A DNA stretch of 64,000 nucleotides from Mobula hypostoma (Eukaryota): NCBI RefSeq assembly GCF_963921235.1, contig NC_086097.1:101682001-101746000 (forward strand). Direction: 5' to 3'. Position numbers and translations under genes: made by a program. The notes under the pieces were generated by a model, which saw only the letters and a list, made by a program, of their open reading frames with translations, did not search any database and was not told where the DNA came from. The first letter of the stretch is position 1, and each line of letters starts with the position of its first letter. Below, in pieces: positions 53,601 through 64,000 of this stretch.

Positions 53601-56600
53601 ACACACACTGTATAAACACCCATCACCCTGATTCCCACACACACTGTATAAACACCCCATCACCCTGATCCCGACACAGACGAGATAAACACCCCATCAC
53701 CCTGATTCCTATGTACACTGTATAAACAGCCCAACACCCTGATTCCTACACACACTGTATAAACACACCATCACCATGATTGCTACACAATGTATAAACA
53801 CCCCATCACCCTGATTCCTACATACACTGAATAAACACCCCATCACCACGATTCCTACACACTGTATAAACACCCCATCACCCTGATTCCTACACACACT
53901 GTATAAATACACCATCACTATGATTGCTACACAATGTATAAACACCTCATCACCCTGGTTCCTACACAGACTAGATAAACACCCCATCACCCTGATTCCT
54001 ACATACACTGTATAAACAGCCCAACACCCTGGTTCCTACACACTGAATAAACACCCCATCACCATGATTCCTACACACTGTATAAACACCACATCATCCT
54101 GATTCCTACACACACTGTATAAACACCCCATCGCCCTGGTTCCTACACACACTGTGTAAACACCCGATCACCCTGATTTCTCAGCACACTGTATAAACAC
54201 CCTATCACCCTGGTTCCAACACACTGTATCAAGACCCCAACACTCTGATACCTACACACACTATACAAACACCCCATCACCATCGATCCTACACACATTG
54301 TATAAACACCCCATCGCCCTGGTTCCTACACACACTGTGTAAACACCCGATCACCCTGATTCCGACACACACGGTATAAACAACCCATCACCCTGGTTCC
54401 TACACACTGTATAAACACCCCAACACCCTGATTCCTACAAACACTGTATAAACACCCCATCACACTGATTCCGACACAAACTGTATAAACGCCCGATCAC
54501 CCTGGTTCCTACACGCACCGTATAAACACCACATCACATCGATACCAACAAACACCATATAAACACCTCATCACCCTGGTTCCTACTCAGACTAGATAAA
54601 CACCCCATCACCTTGATTCCTACACACTGAATGAACACCCCATCACCACGATTCCTACACACGGTATAAACACCCCATCACTCTGGTTCCTACACACTGT
54701 ATAAACACATCACCCTGATTCCTACACACACTGTATAAACACCCCATCGCCCTGGTTCTTCCACACACTGCATAAACACCCCATCAGCCTGATTTCTACA
54801 CACTGTCTAAACACCACATCACCCTGATTCCAACACACACTGTATAAACCCCCAATCACCCTGGTTCCTACACACACCGTATAAACACCCCATCGTAATG
54901 ATTTCTACACACTGTCTATACACCTCATCACCCTGATTCCAACACACACTGTATAAACACCCCCATCACCCTGATTCCGACACACACTGTATAAACCCCA
55001 AATCACCCTGGTTCCTACTCACACCGTATAAACACCCCATCGTACTGATTCCAAGAAACACCATATGAACACCCCATCACCCTGATTCCTACACACACTG
55101 TATAAACACACCATCACCCTGATTCCTACACACTGTATAAACACCTCATCACCCTGATTCCTACACACTGTGTAAACACCCCATCACCCTGATTCCTACA
55201 CACTGTATAAACACCACATCACCCTGGTTCTTACACACACTGTATAAACACCCCATCACACAGATTTCTCAACGCACTGTATAAACACCCTATCACTCTG
55301 GTTCCTACACACTGTATCAAGACCCCAACACCCTGATACCTACACACACTTTACAAACTCCCAATCACCCTCAATCCTACAAACATTGTCTTAACACCCC
55401 ATCACCAGGATTGCTACACACTGTATAAACACCCCATCACCCTGATTCCTACAGATACTGTATAAACACCCTATCACCCTGATTCCTACACACACTGTAT
55501 AAACACCCCATCACCCTTGTTCCTACACAATGTATAAACACCCCATCACGCAGATTCCTTCACACAATGTATAAACACGCCATCTCCCTGATTCCTACAC
55601 ACACTGTAAAAACACACCATCACCCTGGTTCGTACACAAACTGTATATATGCCCCATCAGCCTGATGCCTACACACACTCTATAAACACCCCATCACTCT
55701 GATTCCTACACACACTGTATAAACACCCCATCACTCTGATTCCTACACACACTTTACAAACACCCCATCACCATCGATCCTACACACATTGTATAAACAC
55801 CCCATGACCATGATTGCTACACACTGTATAAACACCCCATTACCCTGATTGCTACACACACTGTAAAAACACCCCATCACCCTGGTTTCTACACAAACTG
55901 TATATATATGCCCCATCAGCCTGATGCCTACACACACTCTATAAACACCACATCACACTGGTTCCTGTACACGGTGTACAAACAACCCATCACCCAGATT
56001 CCTACACACACGGTATAAACAACCCATCACCCTGGTTCCTACACACACTGTATAAACACCCCATCACCCTGATTCCTACATACACTGTATAAACACCCCA
56101 TCACCATGATTCCTACACACGGTATAAACACCCCATCACCCTGATTCCGACACACACTGTATAAACAACACATCACTCTGATTCCTACACACAGTATAAA
56201 CACCCATCACCCTCATTCCTACACACACAGAAATAACACCCAATCACCCTGATTCCTACACACTGTACAAACACCTCATCACCCTGGTTCCTACACACTG
56301 TGTAAACACCCCATCACCCCAGTTCCTACACACGCTGCATTAACACCCAATCACCATGATTCCTGCACACTGGATAAACACTCCATCACCCTGATTCCGA
56401 CACAGACTATATAAACACCCCATCAGCCTGATTCCTACAAACACTGTATAAACACCCCATCGCCCTGGTTCCATCACACACTGCAGTAACACCCAATCAC
56501 CATGATCCCTGCACACTAGATAAACACCCCATCGCCCTGATCCTGACACAGACTAGATAAACACCCCATCACCCTGATTCCTACGTACACTGTATAAACA

Positions 56601-59600
56601 GCCCAACACCCTGGTTCCTACACACACTGTATAAACACCCCCATCACCCTGATTCCGACACACACTGTATAAACCCCAAATCACCCTGGTTCCTACTCAC
56701 ACCGTATAAACACCCCATCGTACTGATTCCAAGAAACACCATATGAACACCCCATCACCCTGATTCTTACACACACTGTATAAACACACCATCACCCTGA
56801 TTCCTACACACTGTATAAACACCTCATCACCCTGATTCCTACACACTGTGTAAACACCCCATCACCCTGATTCCTACACACTCTATAAACACCACATCAC
56901 CCTGGTTCTTACACACACTGTATAAACACCCCATCACACAGATTTCTCAACGCACTGTATAAACACCCTATCACTCTGGTTCCTTCACACTGTATCAAGA
57001 CCCCAACACCCTGATACCTACACACACTTTACAAACTCCCAATCACCCTCAATCCTACAAACATTGTCTTAACACCCCATCACCAGGATTGCTACACACT
57101 GTATAAACACCCCATCACCCTGATTCCTACAGATACTGTATAAACAACCTATCACCCTGATTCCTACACACACTGTATAAACACCCCATCACCCTTGTTC
57201 CTACACAATGTATAAACACCCCATCACGCAGATTCCTTCACACAATGTATAAACACGCCATCTCCCTGATTCCTACACACACTGTAAAAACACACCATCA
57301 CCCTGGTTCGTACACAAACTGTATATATGCCCCATCAGCCTGATGCCTACACACACTCTATAAACACCCCATCACTCTGATTCCTACACACACTGTATAA
57401 ACACCCCATCACCCTGATTCCTACACACTGAATAAACCCCACCACCCTGGTCCCGACACACTGTATAAACACCACATCACCCTGATTCCTACACACAGTG
57501 TATAAACACCCCATCGACCTGGTTCATACACACACTGTGTATACACCCTATCACCCTGATTTCTCAATGCACTGTAGAAACACCCTATCACCCTGCTTCC
57601 TACACACTGAATCAAGACCCCAACATCCTGATACCTACACACACTTTACAAACACCCCATCACCATCGATCCTACACACATTGTATAAACACCCCATGAC
57701 CATGATTGCTACACACTGTATAAACACCCCATTACCCTGATTGCTACACACACTGTAAAAACACCCCATCACCCTGGTTTCTACACAAACTGTATATATA
57801 TGCCCCATCAGCCTGATGCCTACACACACTCTATAAACACCACATCACACTGGTTCCTGTACACGGTGTACAAATAACCCATCACCCAGATTCCTACAGA
57901 CACGGTATAAACAACCCATCACCCTGGTTCCTACACACACTGTATAAACACCCCATCACCCTGATTCCTACATACACTGTATAAACACCCCATCACCATG
58001 ATTCCTACACACGGTATAAACACCCCATCACCCTGATTCCGACACACACTGTATAAACAACACATCACTCTGATTCCTACACACAGTATAAACACCCATC
58101 ACCCTCATTCCTACACACACAGAAATAACACCCAATCACCCTGATTCCTACACACTGTACAAACACCTCATCACCCTGGTTCCTACACACTGTGTAAACA
58201 CCCCATCACCCTGGTTCCTACACACGCTGCATTAACACCCAATCACCATGATTCCTGCACACTGGATAAACACTCCATCACCCTGATTCCGACACAGACT
58301 ATATAAACACCCCATCAGCCTGATTCCTACAAACACTGTATAAACACCCCATCGCCCTGGTTCCATCACACACTGCAGTAACACCTAATCACCATGATCC
58401 CTGCACACTAGATAAACAACCCATCGCCCTGATCCCGACACAGACTAGATAAACACCCCATCACCCTGATTCCTACGTACACTGTATAAACAGCCCAACA
58501 CCCTGGTTCCTACGCATACTGTATAAACACCCCATCACCCTGATTCTGACACAGACTATATAAACACCCCATCAGCCTGATTCCTACAAACACTGCATAA
58601 ACACCCTATCGCCCTGGTTCCTACACACTGTAAAAACACATCACACTGATTCCTACACACACTGTAAAAACACCCCATCGCCCTGGTTCTTACACACACT
58701 GTGTGAACACCCTATCACCCTGATTTCTCAACGCACTGTATAAACACTCCATCACCCTGGTTCCTACACACTGCATCAAGACCCCAACACCCTGATACCT
58801 ACACACACTTTACAAAAACCCCATCACCCTGATTCCTACACACTGTGTAAACACCCCATCACACTGACTCCAACACACACTGTATAAACACCCCATCACC
58901 CTGATTCTTACATACTGTATAAATCCACGATCACCCTGGTTCCTACACACACTCTACGAACATCCTAGCATTCGGATTCCAACATACTGTATAAATACCC
59001 AAACACCCTGATTCCTGAACACTGTATAAACATCCCTTCACTTTGGTTCCTACACACTGTATAAACACCCCATCACCCAGATTCCTAAACACAATGTAAA
59101 AACGCCCCATCACCCCGATTCCTACAAACTCTGTTTCAACACCAAATCACCCTGTTTCCTACACACACCGTATAAACACCCAATCACCCTGTTTCCTACA
59201 CACACTGTGGAAACACCCCATCACACTGATTCTACAAACACCATATAAAAACCCCATTACCCTGATTCCTACACACACTGTATTAAACACCCCATCTCCC
59301 TGATTCCAAAACACTGTGTAAACACCCCATCACACTGATTCCTACACACACTGTATAAACACCCCATCACCCTGATTCTTATGTACTGTATAAATCCACG
59401 ATCACCCTGGTTCCTACACACACTGTACAAACATCCCAGCATCCGGATTCCAACCTACTGTATAAATACCCAAACACCCTGATTCTTGCACACTGTATAA
59501 ACATCCCCTCACCCTGGTTCCTCCACACTGTATAAGCACCCATCACCCTGGTTCAATCACACACTGCAGTAACACCAATCACCCTGGTTCCTACACACTG

Positions 59601-62600
59601 TATAAGCACCCATCACCCTGGTTCCTACACACTGTACAAACACCCCATCACCCTGATTCCGACACATTGTATAAACACCCCATCGCCCTGGTTCTTACAC
59701 ACACTGTATAAAATTCCCATCACCTTGGTTCCTACACACACTGTATAAACACCCCATCACCATTATTCCTGCACACTCTAAATCACCCCATCCCCTTAAT
59801 TCCTACACAGACTGTATAAACAGCCCATCACCTTGATTCCTACACACTGTGTAAACACCCCATCACCCTGATTCCTACACACACTGTATAAACACCCCAT
59901 CACCCTGATTCCTACATACACTGTATAAACAGCCCAACACCCTGGTTCCTACACACACTGTATAAACACCCCATCACCCTGATTCTTATGTACTGTATAA
60001 ATCCACGATCACCCTGGTTCCTACACACACTGTACGAACATCCCAGCATCCGGATTCCAACCTACTGTATAAATACCCAAACACCCTGATTCTTGCACAC
60101 TGTATAAACATCCCCTCACCCTCGTTCCTACACACTGAATAAACACCCCATCACCACGATTCCTACACACTGTATAAACACCACATCACCCTGATTCCTA
60201 CACTAACTGTATAAACACCCCATCGCCCTGGTTCATATACACACTGTGTAAACACCCTATCACCCTGATTTCTCAACGCACTATATAAACACCCTATCAC
60301 CCTGCTTCCTACACAGTGAATCAAGACCCTAACACCCTGATACCTACACACACTTTACAAACACCCCATCACCATCGATCCTACACACATCGTATAAACA
60401 CCCCATGACCATGATTGCTACACACTGTATAAACACTCCATTACCCTGATTCCTACACACACTGTAAAAACACCCCATCACCCTGGTTCCTACACAAATT
60501 GTATATATGCCCCATCAGCCTGATGCCTACACAAACTCTATAAACACACCATCACACTGGTTCCTATACACAGTGTACAAACAACCCATCACCCAGATTC
60601 CTACACACACTGTATAAACACCCTATCACCCTGATTCCGACACACACTGTATAAACGCCCGATCACCCTGTTTCCTACACGCACCGTGTAAACACCCCAT
60701 CACACTGATTCCAACAAACATCATATGAACACCCCATCACCCTGATTCCTACATACACTGTATAAACAGCCCAACACCCTGGGTCCTACACACACTGTAT
60801 AAACACCCATCACCCTGGATCATACACACACTGTATAAACACACCATCACCATGATTGCTACACAATGTATAAACACCTCATCACCCTGGTTCCTACACA
60901 GACAAGATAAACACCCCATCACCCTGATTCCTACATACACTGTATAAACAGCCCAACACCCTGGTTCCTACACACACTGAATAAACACCCCATCACCACG
61001 ATTCCTACACATGGTATAAACACCCCATCACCCTCGTTCCTACACACTGTATAAACACCACATCACCCTGATTCCTACACACACTGTGTAAACACCCTAT
61101 CACCCTGATTTCTCAGCACACTGTATAAACACCCTATCACCCTGATTCCTACAGATAATGTATAAACATCCTATCACCCTGATTCCTACACACACTGTAT
61201 AAACACTCCATCACCATCATTCCTACACAATCAGTATAAACACCCAATCACCCTGATTCCTACACACTGCACAAACGCCCCATCACCATGATTCCTACAC
61301 ACTGTATAAACACCCCATCACCCTGATTCCGACACAAACTGTATAAACAACACATCACCCTGATTTCTACACATAGTATAAACACCCCATCACCCCGGTT
61401 CCTACACACGCTGCATTAAAACCCAATCACTCTGATTCCTGCACACTGGATAAACACCCCATCACCCTGATCCCAACACACTGAATAAACACCCCATCAC
61501 CACGATTCCTACACACGGTATAAACACACCATCACCCTCGTTCCTACACACTGTATAAACACCACATCACCCTGATTCCTACACACACTGTATAAACACC
61601 CCATCGCCCTGGTTCCTACACACACTGTATAAACACCACATCACCCTGATTCCTACACACTGTACAAACACCTCATCACCCTGGTTCCTACACACACCGT
61701 ATCAACACCCCATCACTCTGATTCCTACACACGCTGTATAAATACACCATCACCATGATTCCTACACACTGTATAAACACCTCATCACCCTGGTTCCTAC
61801 ACAGACTAGATAAACACCCCATCACCCTGATTCCTACATACACTGGATAAACAGTCCAACACCCTGGTTCCTACACACACTGTATAAACACCCATCACCC
61901 TGATTCATACTACACACACAGTATAAACACACCATCACCATGATTGCTACACAATGTATAAACACCTCATCAAGCTGGTTCCTACACAGACTAGATAAAC
62001 ACCCCATCACCCTGATTCCTACATACACTGTATAAACAGCCCAACACCCTGGTTCCTACACACACTGTATAAACACCCCATCACCCTGATTCCTACACAC
62101 ACTGTATAAATAGCCCAACACCCTGGTTCCTACACACACTGTGTAAACACCCTATCACCCTGATTTCTCAGCGCACTGTATAAACACCCCATCACCCTGA
62201 TTCCGACACACACTGTGTAAACAACACATCACCCTGATTCCTACACACTGTATAAACACCCCATCACCCTGATTCCAACATACACTGTATAAACAGTCCA
62301 ACACCATGGTTCCTACACACACTGTATAAACAGCCCAACACCCTGGTTCCTACACACACTGTATAAACAGCCCAACACCCTGGTTCCTACACACACTGTA
62401 TAAACAGCCCAACACCCTGGTTCCTACACACACTGAATAAACACCCCATCACCACGATTCCTGCACACGGTATAAACACCTCATCACCCTCGTTCCTACA
62501 TACTGTATAAACACCACATCACCCTGATTCCTACACACACTGTGTAAACAACACATCACCCTGATTCCTACACACTGTATAAACACCTCATCACCCTGGT

Positions 62601-64000
62601 TCCTACACACACCATATCAACACCCCATCACCCTGATTCCTACACACTGTGTAATCACCCAATCACCCCGGTTCCTACACAGACTAGATAAACACCCCAT
62701 CACCCTGATTCCTACATACACTGTATAAACAGTCCAACAGCCTGGTTCCTACACACACTGTATAAACACCCATCACCCTGATTCATACACACACTGTATA
62801 AACACACCATCACCATGAATGCGACACAATGTATAAACACCTCATCACCCTGGTTCCTATACAGACTAGATAAACACCCCATCACCCTGATTCCTATGTA
62901 CACTGTATAAACAGCCCAACACCCTGGTTCCTACACACTGAATAAACACCCCATCACCACGATTCCTACACACGGTATAAACACCCCATCGCCCTCGTTC
63001 CTACACACTGTATAAACACCCCATCACCCTGATTCCGACACACTGAATAAACAGCCCATCACCACGATTCCTACACACGGTATAAACACCCCATCACCCT
63101 CGTTCCTACACACTGTAATGCGACACAATGTATAAACACCTCATCACCCTGGTTCCTATACAGACTAGATAAACACCCCATCGCCCTGGTTCCTACACAC
63201 ACTGTGTAAATACCCTATCACCCTGATTTCTCAGCACACTGTATAAACACTCTATCACCCTGATTCCGACAGATATTACTGTATAAACACCCTATCACCC
63301 TGATTCCTACACACACTGTATAAACACTCCATCACCCTCATTCCTACACAAACAGTATAAACACCCAATCACCCTGATTCCTACACACTGCACAAACGCC
63401 CCATCACCATGATTCCTACACACTGTATAAACAACACATCACTCTGATTTCTACACACAGTATAAACACCCATCACCCTCATTCCTACACACACAGTATT
63501 AACACCCAATCACCCTGATTCCTACACACTGTACAAACACCTCATCACCCTGGTTCCTACACATACCGTATCAACACCCCATCACCCTGATTCCTACACA
63601 CTGTGTAAACACCCCATCACCCCGGTTCCTACACACGCTGCATTAACACCCAATCACCATGATTCCTGCACAGACTATAGAAACACCCCATCACCCTGAT
63701 TCCTACAAACACTATATAAACAGCCGAACACCCTGATTCCTACACACACTGTGTAAACACCTCACCACACAGATTCTTATGTACACTGTATAAACAGCCG
63801 AACACCCAGGTTCCAACACACACTGTATAAACACCCCATCACCCTGATCCCGACACAGACTAGATAAACACCCCATCACCCTGATTCCTATGTACACTGT
63901 ATAAACAGCCCAACACCCTGATTCCTACATACACTGGATAAACAGTCCAACACCCTGGTTCCTACACACACTGTATAAACACCCATCACCCTGATTCATA
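26604..64000. repeat. Large 35/37-bp satellite array (>37 kb, about a thousand units, runs off the window) with higher-order duplications
   Basis: Continuous CCTACACAC(AC)TGTATAAACACCCCATCACCCTGATT variants; I saw no unique-sequence interruption by eye. Confidence 0.97.

Noticed and set aside
26590..64000. Dozens of Cys/Gly/Val-rich minus-strand ORFs; possible hidden upstream GALNT exon
   Set aside because: The ORFs are satellite translations. No unique sequence or GALNT-like peptide was seen by eye, so the upstream exon is presumably beyond the window.

Overview
This is eukaryotic, repeat-dominated DNA, most likely from a cartilaginous fish such as a ray or shark (inferred from the CR1/HER1-type LINE tails, V-SINE, Rex1-like and Penelope families). 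The whole window lies inside a minus-strand GALNT16-like polypeptide N-acetylgalactosaminyltransferase gene. Two small coding exons missed by the ORF track (22395-22297, 99 nt; 526-459, 68 nt) splice in frame across a 21.8-kb intron, and the upstream intron is over 41 kb. The introns hold four tandem arrays: 31-bp, 48-bp, 28-bp and a ~38-kb 35/37-bp satellite with nested higher-order duplications. They also hold several decayed or young CR1 LINEs, Rex1/Babar-like fragments, a V-SINE, and a Penelope-like element with an open RT + GIY-YIG frame, an inverted arm and hammerhead-ribozyme motifs. Nearly all other long ORFs are artefacts of repeats. I see no clearly new biological system. The best leads are the satellite-filled intron abutting a splice acceptor, the Penelope/hammerhead structures and several template-switching footprints. 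Family assignments rest on recognised motifs, not database searches, and TE boundaries are approximate.
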